Source: Bdellovibrionota bacterium | Lineage (GTDB): Bacteria; Bdellovibrionota_C; UBA2361; OMII01 | NCBI GenBank assembly: GCA_044360225.1 | Contig: JBIKKR010000001.1 | Coordinates: forward strand, 1-60,134 | Length of the DNA stretch: 60,134 nt | Reading direction: 5' to 3' | Shown: one piece after another, positions 7,884-17,057 of the stretch | How the letters are laid out: the number at the start of each line of letters is the position of its first letter | Position numbering within the stretch: the stretch's first letter is position 1 | Program-made: the position numbers and the translations under genes | The notes under the pieces: model-generated | Databases searched by the model: none | What the model was told of the DNA's origin: nothing | The model's input: only the letters and a program-made list of their open reading frames with translations

Positions 7884-9144
7884 CGAGTGATTCCTTGATC
7901 CGGGTTTTAAACTCCTCTGGGAACTTAGCCAAGAAGCTACGAACCGGCATCGCAATTGCGTCTCCGAGAGCGCAGATCGTATGCCCAGCTATCTGCTTAA
8001 CGATGCTCTCTAAGAGCTCCACATCCGTTGAACCGGCTTGACCAGCTTGCATGCGGTTGAAGATCTTTTCTACCCAATGACCACCCTCACGGCATGGAGT
8101 GCATTGTCCGCACGACTCGTGAGCATAGAAATGGGCGAGGTTTCGAATGGCATCAACCATATCAACCGAGTCATCGATTATAATTACTCCGCCCGAGCCA
8201 AGCATCGTGCCGAGCTTGCTCCAGCCTTCGTAGTCCATCACCGCATCTTCTATCTCGTCAGCACGCAGTATTGGCGTCGAGGATCCGCCCGGTATCACTG
8301 CCTTCAATTTTCTTCCGTTAAGCATGCCGCCACACTCCTCTGCGAGGAAGCGCTTGAACGGGTATCCGAGTTCAATTTCGTAGACTCCGGGATTGTTAAT
8401 GTGGCCAGAGGCAGAGACAAGTTTCGTTCCTTTCGACTTTTCCGTTCCGATCTGCGCATAAGCATCACCGCCGTTGTTGATAATCCATGGAACTGCTGCG
8501 TAGGTTTCAACGTTGTTGAGGATGGTAGGCGAGTAGTAGAGACCCATGGTCGCTGGGAAGAATGGCGGCTTTAATCTTGGTTGGCCTTTCTTGCCTTCAA
8601 GCGATTCAATTAATCCTGTCTCTTCACCGCAGATGTAAGCGCCCGCGCCTCTGTGAACGACTAAATGCAGTGAGTAATTACTGCCGAATATCGAATCTCC
8701 TAAATAGCCCTTGGCATAGCACTCATCGACAGCTGCCTTAAGCACCGTGTAGGGGTAGGCATATTCACCGCGAATGTACACGCACATCCAGTGGCTCTGC
8801 ACAGAGAGCGCGGCAACCATCATCCCTTCAATAATAGCGTGGGGGTCGCGCTCGAGTAGTAAGCGGTCCTTGAACGTGCCAGGCTCGCTCTCATCGGCGT
8901 TGCAAATAATGTAGGTAGGCTTTCCTGTATTGCGGGGGACGAAGCTCCACTTTTGGCCAGCTGGGAAGCCCGCTCCTCCACGACCGCGTAGGCCCGATTT
9001 CTTGACCTCGTCGATAATAGCAGCGGGGTCCATCGTGAGCGCCTTACGAACAGCCGCGTATCCTCCTCGCGATTCGTATCCAGCTAGTGTATTCTGACCA
9101 GCTTCGTTAATGTTCTTGAGAAGTATCTGACGGTGTTGACCCAC
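7828..9144 (-). CDS. nuoF: NADH-quinone oxidoreductase subunit F (51-kDa flavoprotein subunit)
   Basis: 438 aa with GLRGRGGAGFPAGQKWSF, ICGEETGLIESLEGK and the 4Fe-4S cysteines ESCGQCTPCREG...HTICALGD. No other nuo gene is adjacent. Confidence 0.9.
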   Translation of the reverse strand: MGQHRQILLKNINEAGQNTLAGYESRGGYAAVRKALTMDPAAIIDEVKKSGLRGRGGAGFPAGQKWSFVPRNTGKPTYIICNADESEPGTFKDRLLLERDPHAIIEGMMVAALSVQSHWMCVYIRGEYAYPYTVLKAAVDECYAKGYLGDSIFGSNYSLHLVVHRGAGAYICGEETGLIESLEGKKGQPRLKPPFFPATMGLYYSPTILNNVETYAAVPWIINNGGDAYAQIGTEKSKGTKLVSASGHINNPGVYEIELGYPFKRFLAEECGGMLNGRKLKAVIPGGSSTPILRADEIEDAVMDYEGWSKLGTMLGSGGVIIIDDSVDMVDAIRNLAHFYAHESCGQCTPCREGGHWVEKIFNRMQAGQAGSTDVELLESIVKQIAGHTICALGDAIAMPVRSFLAKFPEEFKTRIKESLDGKLPGPSKLNAEFTAAH

Positions 9145-9362
9145 GGTGGTTTCCTTACGTTACAGAAGGTTTGCCTTGAACAATTACTTACTATAGCGCA
9201 ATGAATTCTGCGCATTTTCTTTCGCACACCGGGCGTTTTCGAACCACCCGCATGTGAGCGTTGTTTCAGTCGGATAAACTTCGCCGAGCCCAGCATAATA
9301 GAGTGCTTATGAGGAGGCAACCTCACGTTACTCGGTGTCTGCAGGAAGTCGAGCTGGAGATG

Positions 9363-9935
9363 CTAATCCTGAGCTATGACCGAGATCGATGCCGAGGACT
9401 CGGAGACGAACTCCGGGTTAGCTAGGTCGAATTCGGTCGAATTGTCCTCAGCTGGGTCGTCGACATCCGGATCAACCTCGATCTCGCCATCCACGACGGT
9501 CTTTCGGCCTTCAAGTTGAACGAGAAGCGTCCCAGATTCGCCTGAGTACTCTTGGTTTGATCGCCTGAATTGTGACTGAGATAGGTAGAATACCACATAC
9601 GTCAGGTCATCCTCGTCTGAGGTCACATTTATTGTCGGTGAGACATCTATCTCTCGCTCTCCGATGATAAGAAACGATGAGCCCGAGACGTATCGTAGCC
9701 CCGATGGAAAGCGTACCTTCACTGCTATTCCGTTTTTGTGAACGTTTGAGAGTTCGATATCAACCTGCGTTCGGTCCCCGGAATCAATCTGTCCTGGGGA
9801 GCAGCGGACATCGACGTTGGCAGCACCGACGAAGTCTCCACCCCCGCCGCCACCCCCACCTCCTCCACCGCATCCAAGGCACGTTGCCGCTGCGGTTGCT
9901 ACAAAAAGAAAAAGCGAAATGACAGATAACCTCAT
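9363..9935 (-). CDS. hypothetical lipoprotein with an 11-residue poly-glycine linker
   Basis: Signal peptide plus Cys (AAATCLGC) is followed by G x11, encoded by an imperfect GGN tract. The remainder is an acidic, beta-rich sequence without a recognisable family. Confidence 0.6.
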   Translation of the reverse strand: MRLSVISLFLFVATAAATCLGCGGGGGGGGGGGDFVGAANVDVRCSPGQIDSGDRTQVDIELSNVHKNGIAVKVRFPSGLRYVSGSSFLIIGEREIDVSPTINVTSDEDDLTYVVFYLSQSQFRRSNQEYSGESGTLLVQLEGRKTVVDGEIEVDPDVDDPAEDNSTEFDLANPEFVSESSASISVIAQD

Positions 9936-10447
9936 AAATGCCTCGTACTGTGTTGGTCCGGTTAAGGATATTTCTAAGGAGCGGGGGGATCCAACCGAGC
10001 CCAGCTAACTCCCCGTGAAGGTTAAATGCTTTCGGCTGGTTGCGCCATCCGGCATTTTTAGTGATTGGGGGCGTCGGCAGCAGGCTAGATTCCCCACTAG
10101 GAGGGGCGACTGTTTGACTAATCATTTAAGTGCTTGCTTTTGTTGAGATCGCAGAGTTTTAAGGAGATTTAGGGGTTTGACTAGGCCGAGGGTCGGGTTG
10201 TACATTACGTGGAGATTTTGGCACTGAGTGGAGTTCCCGCCACTAGAGCTCTTCCACTTCAAGGGACTGTCAGTTCAAGAGATTGTCCAAAAGTATAGGC
10301 GGAAACTACTGCTACAAAACTTCGTTTATGGAAGCCCTAACCATCATTCCGGTGTCAAGTAAGCAATGTTCCGGCACATCTTCGGAACAGGAGGTTCGTT
10401 TATCGGTTAGGTTGGGTCATGAGCCCAGTAATCGTGACGTGCCCAGC

Positions 10448-12289
10448 ATGCAGAGTGAGGGGGGGAGACCTTCATGGACTGTTGCGGGAGTAGTGAGTGT
10501 TCTGCTCCTTGCTGCCTACGGAGCTGCGTTCGTGAACAGCCTCAAAGGGCGCTGGTTTAACCCGTTGTGGACTACCGATGACGCCACCCAGCAGACGTAC
10601 CCGCTCTACGATGCACTATATCCGGATCGCTTCCAGAACGATCTCGTCACGGAAGTTATGCGTGGGTGTCTTCCGACCCTGCACTATTGGATTAGCTACG
10701 GGATTACCGCACTGACGAGAGATCCGATTATGTCTGGCCACTGGGTCATGTTGCTTCAGGTTGTGCTGGCGGTGGGATTTCTCTTTATGGCGGTGCGGGC
10801 ACTGTCATCAAATGTCCCAGCGGCGTTGGCAGTGATCTGGTTGCTGCACTCGCGGAACACAATGCAGAGAATGACGGGAGGTTTGCCGAGAGGGTGGACA
10901 CCGGCGATATTTGGTGCTTTCCTCTATTTCGCGGCAACGAAGAATCATTGGGGGGCTTTGGCCACTATTCTAGTCGGGTCGATGCTTAATCCTCCAGGCG
11001 CGCTTATCGTTGGAGTGGCATATGGCCTGATTCTTTTGTGGCGCTGGTGTTCAGCTCAGGGTGCCGCACGGACAGCGGCACGCACTCAGATTCTCCGTTC
11101 GATAGCGGTAGCGCCGTTGTTTGCGGTGGTTGCGTTACTCGTTGTGCAACGGCCTGCGCACGTAGGGCAGATGGTTTCGTTCTCTGAGGCATCGCAGATG
11201 CCCGAGTTTTCCAGGCCGAACGGCCGATTCCCGTTCTTGCCGCTCCGTCCAGCGATGGACGAGGTAAAGATGTTTGGCTACCAAGCTTTTATAGGTCGTC
11301 TGTACCGACCAGCGGAGTTTTGGCGGGAGAATATCTGGTGGCTCGTTCCAGTGGCACTCGTCGGCATAGCTCTCATAGGAGCGCGACGGAAGCGAGTTGT
11401 AATCCCCTCGGAGCTTGTTCTTTTTGGCGCTGCGGCGATCGTTACCTACTCGTTGGCCAGGGTATTTGCGTTTCGCTTGTTTGTTCCCGATCGCCACCTG
11501 CAGATACCGATGGTGTTTTTTATGGCCGCAGCCTTTTCGGTTGGGCTATGGCGTACGTTTGTGAAAAAAACCTCTGAGAGCTCGCTGCGTTCGAGCTGGC
11601 CAGCGCTTATAGCCTTTGGTACGTTAGCTTTTGTCGTGTATCAGTGTTCGAGTAACGGCCTCCAGGGAGACGCAAATTTTAACTATCCGAGTAATAAGCG
11701 CGGTAGAATGCATGAGTGGATTCGCGAGAACACACCCGAGGATGCTCTTGTGGCGTGTCATCCAACGCACTGCGATGGGATGCAGCTATTTGGCGTGCGC
11801 AGAGCCTTGGTGACGACAGAGACCTCACATCCTTTTTATCCGCGCTACAACCTAGAGATGCGACGTCGGAGTGAGGTGTCGCTTCGCGCACATTATGCGG
11901 AGTCGCTGCAGGACGTCGTCACTTTGCTCGAGCCAGAAGGCGTTACCCACTTTGTATTCAGGCGAGATGATTTCCGGGCCGAGAACCTCAAGCGCCTGTC
12001 GTACTTCCTGCCACTCGACAAGGTTGTGAAGGAGTTGGTAAAGCGACCTTCGGGTGCGTTCGCTTTTTACGAGCTGCCGAAGAGGATTGACCCTGTGACT
12101 CATCCCTACGTTGTGTTCGTCGATGATGTCTCGGTCGTCGTCGACGTTAAAGCGCTCGGGGAGCATCTGCGGGCTCATGGGTGGGCTCCTCCTCAAGCGT
12201 CGCTCTCTGCGTCGCTTCGACGACATGCGGCAGCTCGCCACACGATTCTGGCCAGCGGTCCTTTTGATCATGAGGGGCTCCAGAGTTAA
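10448..12289 (+). CDS. large polytopic membrane protein with C-terminal soluble domain, function unknown
   Basis: The ORF is open from 10283, and the ATG at 10448 (MQSEGGRPSW) immediately precedes the first TM. About 12 hydrophobic segments are followed by a ~200-aa soluble tail. The architecture is reminiscent of GT-C enzymes, but no motif is recognised. Confidence 0.55.
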   Translation: MQSEGGRPSWTVAGVVSVLLLAAYGAAFVNSLKGRWFNPLWTTDDATQQTYPLYDALYPDRFQNDLVTEVMRGCLPTLHYWISYGITALTRDPIMSGHWVMLLQVVLAVGFLFMAVRALSSNVPAALAVIWLLHSRNTMQRMTGGLPRGWTPAIFGAFLYFAATKNHWGALATILVGSMLNPPGALIVGVAYGLILLWRWCSAQGAARTAARTQILRSIAVAPLFAVVALLVVQRPAHVGQMVSFSEASQMPEFSRPNGRFPFLPLRPAMDEVKMFGYQAFIGRLYRPAEFWRENIWWLVPVALVGIALIGARRKRVVIPSELVLFGAAAIVTYSLARVFAFRLFVPDRHLQIPMVFFMAAAFSVGLWRTFVKKTSESSLRSSWPALIAFGTLAFVVYQCSSNGLQGDANFNYPSNKRGRMHEWIRENTPEDALVACHPTHCDGMQLFGVRRALVTTETSHPFYPRYNLEMRRRSEVSLRAHYAESLQDVVTLLEPEGVTHFVFRRDDFRAENLKRLSYFLPLDKVVKELVKRPSGAFAFYELPKRIDPVTHPYVVFVDDVSVVVDVKALGEHLRAHGWAPPQASLSASLRRHAAARHTILASGPFDHEGLQS

Positions 12290-12315
12290 CAGTGTTGCCG
12301 GTTTGTATGTAAGAG

Positions 12316-14646
12316 TTGTACATGGAAAGAAGTGTTATCCCTCGAGGCCAGTTCGCAATTCTTGCTGTCTGCGCGTTCTTGTTGAGTCTTGTTCTTGGCG
12401 ATAGGCTCTCTGAGCATTCGTTTCGCGGTTCAGAGCTCCAGAAGGTAGTATCAGGTGACTTCTCGTCGGATGCGTGGATTGGCACTCAAGCATCAGTAAC
12501 GGTGCCCGGATTTCTCGGTGGGTTCAATTTTCTTGAGCTGCACTTTGGCGTTGACCGACCTGGAGCTAGTGAGCCGGCACGTGTCGCCGTCTCTTCATGC
12601 GGAGGTCCAGAACGCGAGCTGGTTCTTGATGGCGCTGGAATTGTGCGATTACCGACTTCATTGGGGTGTGCACCTCTCCAAGCACAGGTCAGGGCGCTCA
12701 CTTTCTTCTCGCCCCCCGGCGAACGGGGAGGCCGTGAGCTTGGGGTTCAGCTGAAGGGCGTCGCTGTTAACTCGCCGCTCAAGCTCACGATAGCAGCGCC
12801 AGGTATGGTATGCGGACTTTTTATGATTCTCGGGTGCTTGGTGCTTTTGAGCTGGTTTGTCGCCAAGCAGGCGGGAGTTCCCGGAATCCCAGCTAGCTGG
12901 GCTGTGCTGTCGTCCGTGGTCGCATTGGTATTTCTTTTTGAAGATTCGCCCGAGAAGCTAGAGCCAGTAGCCATGGTACTGCTTGGAGCTTTGGCTGGGA
13001 TGGCTCTGCACTCGTGGCAGATGGGGAGAACCGTTGATCGTGCAGGGGGTGGTGAGGGGTGGCTCGTCTGGGTGGCGCTGCTGGTCGGAGCCGCGCTGCG
13101 ATTCTATGGAATCCGTTTCGGATTGCCATCAAATTTTCACCCTGACGAGGTTCCGAAAGTAAATGCCATTATGCGGATGGTAGATGGCAATACCCTCGAT
13201 CCTCAGTACTTCCTGCACCCATCGCTGTTGCTCTACCTGACCTACGGAATGAATCATCTGCTACACCTAATTGGGGTTGAGGGATCGTTTCGCGATACCG
13301 CGTTCTTGGCGGGGCGCTTGGTGAGTGCGATAGCTGGGGTGGGTTCTATCGCACTCACGTATCAGATCGGTAAGCGGCTCTTTTCAAAAGAAACTGGAGT
13401 GATGGCGGCATTACTGCTTGCGGTATTTCCGCTGCATGTGACGTGTAGCCGATATCTCAAAGAGGATTCGCTGCTGACGTTTATTGTGCTTGCCTGCGTT
13501 TTGGTGACCATAGTAGCAGTTCAGACGCAACGACGGGCACTTCTGCTTGTTGCCGGTTTGCTTGCTGGGTGCACTGCTGGAGCGAAATATTCGGGCATCT
13601 TGATGGCAGTAGTGCCAGCGAGTGCGCCGTGGCTCGTATCTCGTAGCATTAAACCGGATATGCGTTGGATTCCTTGGGCAGCGTTTGCGGTCCTGATAGC
13701 GCCACTTGGATTTCTGTGCACCACACCCTACGCAGTGTTGAACTCGGCTAAGTTTGTTAAGGACTTCAGCGCGGAGTCGCGGCACATGCAAACTGGTCAC
13801 ACGGTGACGATCACTGCCTGGTCGCAACTGTGGATGTACCACTTCTGGCGAAGCATAACTCCTGGAGTTAGTACGTTCGTTGCGGTGGCCGCCTGTGTTG
13901 CGTTTGGCTTCTTGTTGCGTCGTGGGCGCGTGGAGGACCTGATGGTGCTCGGGATGGCGCTGCTTTTTTACCTGCCGGCAGAGTACGTGAAGGCCAAGCC
14001 AGCGCCGCAGCCGGAGCGGTATATTTTGCCGTGCTTGCCATTTTTGGCGCTTGGCGTGGCCGAGCTGCTCCGGAGCGTTTCGGGATACAAGCAGCGGACG
14101 CTCCAGGCGCTCGTGCCCGTTTGTGTAGTTGTGTTGGTAGCAATGCCGGCGTGGCGGAGTGTTACCTTGGCCCACGAGGTAGCCAATGATACGCGAGATC
14201 AATTGGCTTCGTGGATGAAGGCTAATTTGCCCCGCGGCTCCAAGGTGCTTATGGACTGGAAGCCGTACTGTCCTAATTTCCACGGGGAGTTCTTTGAAGT
14301 TGAGCATATTCCGCGAGCGCGGATTATTCCAGAGCTAGATGTGGCGGCACTTCGTAGTTCGGGGGCAGACTACCTAGTGGTTTCGAGCCTATTCTACAAT
14401 CGGTATTTCAGTCAGCCCGAGAGTGAGCCGATCCTTCGTCAACGTTTTCGAGAGGTCTTTCAGCGTGTGCCCATCGTTACTCAGTATGCGGCACCCTCGG
14501 GTCCGTACGGATTCCACAATCCCACATTGACCTTGTTTTCCTTAAACGAGCAGGACTTTGAAAGGCTTGAAGCCGAGCGCAGTCAAAAAAGTCGCGGCGA
14601 GATCGCCTATACCTCAAACGAGGTGCGGGCACGGGCTAAGTGGTGA
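12316..14646 (+). CDS. GT-C glycosyltransferase, family 39 / ArnT-PMT-like
   Basis: 776 aa. After a ~240-aa N-terminal region comes LRFYGIRFGLPSNFHPDEVPKVNA, the loop-1 acidic motif typical of ArnT/PMT_2 enzymes. Many TM segments and a soluble C-terminal domain follow. Confidence 0.7.
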   Translation: MYMERSVIPRGQFAILAVCAFLLSLVLGDRLSEHSFRGSELQKVVSGDFSSDAWIGTQASVTVPGFLGGFNFLELHFGVDRPGASEPARVAVSSCGGPERELVLDGAGIVRLPTSLGCAPLQAQVRALTFFSPPGERGGRELGVQLKGVAVNSPLKLTIAAPGMVCGLFMILGCLVLLSWFVAKQAGVPGIPASWAVLSSVVALVFLFEDSPEKLEPVAMVLLGALAGMALHSWQMGRTVDRAGGGEGWLVWVALLVGAALRFYGIRFGLPSNFHPDEVPKVNAIMRMVDGNTLDPQYFLHPSLLLYLTYGMNHLLHLIGVEGSFRDTAFLAGRLVSAIAGVGSIALTYQIGKRLFSKETGVMAALLLAVFPLHVTCSRYLKEDSLLTFIVLACVLVTIVAVQTQRRALLLVAGLLAGCTAGAKYSGILMAVVPASAPWLVSRSIKPDMRWIPWAAFAVLIAPLGFLCTTPYAVLNSAKFVKDFSAESRHMQTGHTVTITAWSQLWMYHFWRSITPGVSTFVAVAACVAFGFLLRRGRVEDLMVLGMALLFYLPAEYVKAKPAPQPERYILPCLPFLALGVAELLRSVSGYKQRTLQALVPVCVVVLVAMPAWRSVTLAHEVANDTRDQLASWMKANLPRGSKVLMDWKPYCPNFHGEFFEVEHIPRARIIPELDVAALRSSGADYLVVSSLFYNRYFSQPESEPILRQRFREVFQRVPIVTQYAAPSGPYGFHNPTLTLFSLNEQDFERLEAERSQKSRGEIAYTSNEVRARAKW

Positions 14647-14950
14647 TGGAGTAGCATCAATTCATACGGGGTTGAGTTCACCTAGGCTCTCTTGGTGCTC
14701 AGCTGTTAGCAGAGAAAGTATCTGTAGCTATACCACTAACCCGAAGGCTATTGAGAGGGCATTAGCACCGTCGGTTCGCGTCCTTTACCCTGTTTAGTAT
14801 CTCTTGCAACTTGAACCGCGTAACGTCTGGGCCACTCCTACACGCTGCCCTAATTTCTGTACACATGTGTTGATGGGCTAGGCCATGACTATTTGCGAGG
14901 TCCATAGCCTTCCTCACCACGTCATTATCCCTGGCATTCAGGGCACCTCT

Positions 14951-14982
14951 AATGTCATGTAAAAATAATGTCATGTAAAAAT
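14951..14982. repeat. perfect 16-bp tandem duplication (aatgtcatgtaaaaat x2)
   Basis: Read directly: 14951-14966 is identical to 14967-14982. Confidence 0.9.
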
Positions 14983-15145
14983 TTACTGAGTGCTGTATGT
15001 TGGCTTAGACCACCCATATGTCTGCCTCTTTAAAAGTATTCATTTTTCGAAGTTAAAATTCATTAGTTCTGCACATTCTACGCCCCCCTCCAATCTAAAT
15101 CAACTTTTCGCTTTTTTTGGGCGCAGCCTGCACGTGGCCGTACTA

Positions 15146-15329
15146 CTAGAAGCCATCTCAAAAATACCATGTAGGCGAGGCTCTGCGAGCTACGAGAGCG
15201 CGAGAATGCAGGGAGAAAACGCGCGCAGGTGTATCCGCTGCGATACAGCGAGCACGTTTTCTCCCGAAGACGACGCGATCTCGTAGCGCAGCGAGCCGCA
15301 GCCCAGGGGATTTTTGAGATGGCTTCTAG
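15146..15329. repeat. 184-nt imperfect palindrome (long hairpin or cruciform)
   Basis: The outer arms 15146-15165 (ctagaagccatctcaaaaat) and 15310-15329 are perfect 20-nt reverse complements. The inner arms 15211-15221 (gggagaaaacg) and 15255-15265 are perfect 11-nt complements. The middle arms are ~13/14 complementary. The loop holds a nested GTATC-cgctgc-GATAC hairpin. Confidence 0.85.
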
Positions 15330-15426
15330 ACGTTATGCAGGTAGTCTGAGGCTCTGCCGAAGCCTGTACCAATAACAACTTCACAATAAAAATCTCCGAG
15401 CGATCGCCTCCTGCTGGTATCCCCTC

Positions 15427-15582
15427 CAGCTGGCACATACTAGATTTAAAACCTGTACATTCAGCTACCTTGCATCGAAAAGTATCTGAGCGCTGAGAAT
15501 AACTTTGCTCGGTGGGAAAGATCTTTTGCAGGTGGATGGCTAGCCGGATTGGGGGGATTGAGTTTTAGTATGGACCAGCGGG
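15427..15582 (+). repeat. ~155-bp direct repeat, copy 1 (downstream flank of the DUF4143 ATPase gene)
   Basis: It aligns with 16843-17005. The 57-nt core 15494-15550 differs from 16917-16973 at a single position. Confidence 0.85.
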
Positions 15583-15601
15583 TCCATATACTAATTGAGC
15601 T

Positions 15602-16747
15602 TCAATTCCATAGCCACTGTAAGAATTGTGTGACAGGGAAAACTTTGATTCCGTCATCGGTCTCCGAGGGCCTTTCTACACACGCAACCAAGATATATTC
15701 ACGCATAAGATTTTCTTCCTTTAGCGCTCGAAGTCCCTTGAGTTGGTCTTTTCCTACTACCTTAGCTGCCTTAACTTCTATTGCAATCTCCTCGTTGAGA
15801 ATAAAATCCACCTCAAACTTGGACTCAGAGCGCCAATAATGAAGCGTGCCGCGACCTTCAAGCCGGTAGTCAATATAGCTACGCAGCTCGTGGTGTATGA
15901 ATGCTTCTAACGCATCGCCGAATTCCTTTGAGTTCTCGTGAAGCTCATTCCTCCCAACTATTGCCCGCACCACTCCGACATCGAAGAAGTAATACTTCCC
16001 CATACTCGTGGCTTTCCGTTTTATGGTGCCCCGCCACGCAGGGAGTTCTCGGGCAACGAGCGTATCCTCTAAGATGGAGTAGTAATCCCTAACGGTTGAG
16101 GGCGCCACCTGCGCATCGTTAGCAACGTTAGTAAAATTTATAATCTCACCATTTCGCAGCGCAGCGTGCTCAAGAAAGCGACTAAAGGCCGGCACATTTC
16201 TCGTGGCTCGTTCTTGAGCGATCTCTTGCGTCAGATAAAGTGCAACGTAATCCGCCAGATCTTGAATTGGATTATCACTCCAATAGGTCGATGGAAGGGT
16301 CCCAAAGCGCAGAGATCGGTAAAGGTCAAAATGCTGCTTCAACTCCGCTGACACCAGTGGGTGTAAATTTCTAATTGTGGCTCGGCCTCCCAGGAGGTTA
16401 ATCCCCCCTCGTTTCAATTTTCTAGCGCTTGAACCGGAGAGGCAGCAACGTATCTTCCCAAGCGAGAGTACTAGTTGAATCTCGTTGAGGAGCACCGGCA
16501 GAAGTTGAACCTCGTCGACAAACAGGTACCTAGTCTCTTGAGTAAGCTCGCGTCGAATCAGTGATGGATCTCTTGAGAGCCGGGTAAAATCCTGACTATT
16601 CAGGAGCGATACTGAGTAGGTACTACCAGGCGGGCATTCGGCAATAAGGTCATCAATCAACCAACTTTTCCCTGTTTGGCGGGGCCCCAACAAGAAAAAC
16701 GATTTGGAAAAGAGGGTGGTAAGGTTAAATAAACGAGTAATTTTCAT
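15602..16747 (-). CDS. AAA+ ATPase with C-terminal DUF4143 / PD-(D/E)xK nuclease-like domain
   Basis: 381 aa with Walker A LLGPRQTGKSWL and Walker B YLFVDEVQ. The C-terminus ESKFEVDFIL...AIEVKAAK has an E-x-D...E-x-K nuclease-like pattern. The architecture is typical of the AAA_14 + DUF4143 family. Confidence 0.8.
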   Translation of the reverse strand: MKITRLFNLTTLFSKSFFLLGPRQTGKSWLIDDLIAECPPGSTYSVSLLNSQDFTRLSRDPSLIRRELTQETRYLFVDEVQLLPVLLNEIQLVLSLGKIRCCLSGSSARKLKRGGINLLGGRATIRNLHPLVSAELKQHFDLYRSLRFGTLPSTYWSDNPIQDLADYVALYLTQEIAQERATRNVPAFSRFLEHAALRNGEIINFTNVANDAQVAPSTVRDYYSILEDTLVARELPAWRGTIKRKATSMGKYYFFDVGVVRAIVGRNELHENSKEFGDALEAFIHHELRSYIDYRLEGRGTLHYWRSESKFEVDFILNEEIAIEVKAAKVVGKDQLKGLRALKEENLMREYILVACVERPSETDDGIKVFPVTQFLQWLWN

Positions 16748-16842
16748 ATATTAGCCAGGCCACGAGCAAGTCGCGTATTTCGATATAATAGCGCGACTAC
16801 GTCGTGAGTTCAATACTAATACCTTGACGAGTAGGCGACCGT

Positions 16843-17005
16843 CCAGCTGGTCCCATCAAGCTGCTAGATTTAAACCCTGTAAATTAGTTGCCTTGCATCG
16901 GAAATTACGTGAGCTTTGAGAATAACTTTGCTCGGCGGGAAAGATCTTTTGCAGGTGGATGGCTAGCCGGATTAAGGGGCTTGAATTTTAGTATGGACCA
17001 GGGGT
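16843..17005 (+). repeat. ~155-bp direct repeat, copy 2 (abuts the TrmB-like gene)
   Basis: See copy 1. A TAG at 16989-16991, inside the repeat, closes the TrmB reading frame upstream. Confidence 0.85.
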
Positions 17006-17057
17006 TGGGGTACCAGGGGTTGGGCTCTCAAAAAATGAGGCAGAGATTTACGAAGTC

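Noticed and set aside
9084-9326. 80-aa ORF upstream of nuoF, checked as a possible nuoE.
   Set aside because: It has none of the NuoE 2Fe-2S cysteine motifs, it overlaps the nuoF start and its composition is basic and odd. It is most likely non-coding leader or promoter DNA.
9936-10447. 512-bp gene-free stretch screened for tmRNA, RNase P, SRP or 6S RNA and riboswitch hallmarks.
   Set aside because: I could not recognise any conserved core sequence of these RNAs by eye. The ORF from 10283 may simply extend the coding region. A covariance-model scan would be needed.
13411-14307. 298-aa minus-strand ORF inside the GT39 gene.
   Set aside because: The sequence is highly basic and low in complexity, and it lies antisense to a gene with clear family motifs and TM periodicity.
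14668-14745. tRNA-like 75-nt segment on the minus strand, with a perfect 4-bp D-stem (GTAT/ATAC) and a 7-nt loop with U33-like T and AAC.
   Set aside because: There is no T-arm with a TTCGA-type loop. The acceptor strands do not pair, the spacing between the D and anticodon stems is wrong, and the D-loop lacks GG. It is not a credible tRNA gene.
14762-14974. 70-aa minus-strand ORF (LHDIRGA...ANSHGLAHQH) considered as a tyrosine-recombinase C-terminal remnant.
   Set aside because: It resembles the HxLRH...LGH pattern only vaguely and has no catalytic Tyr context. Its N-terminus is generated by the 16-bp tandem duplication. The evidence is insufficient.
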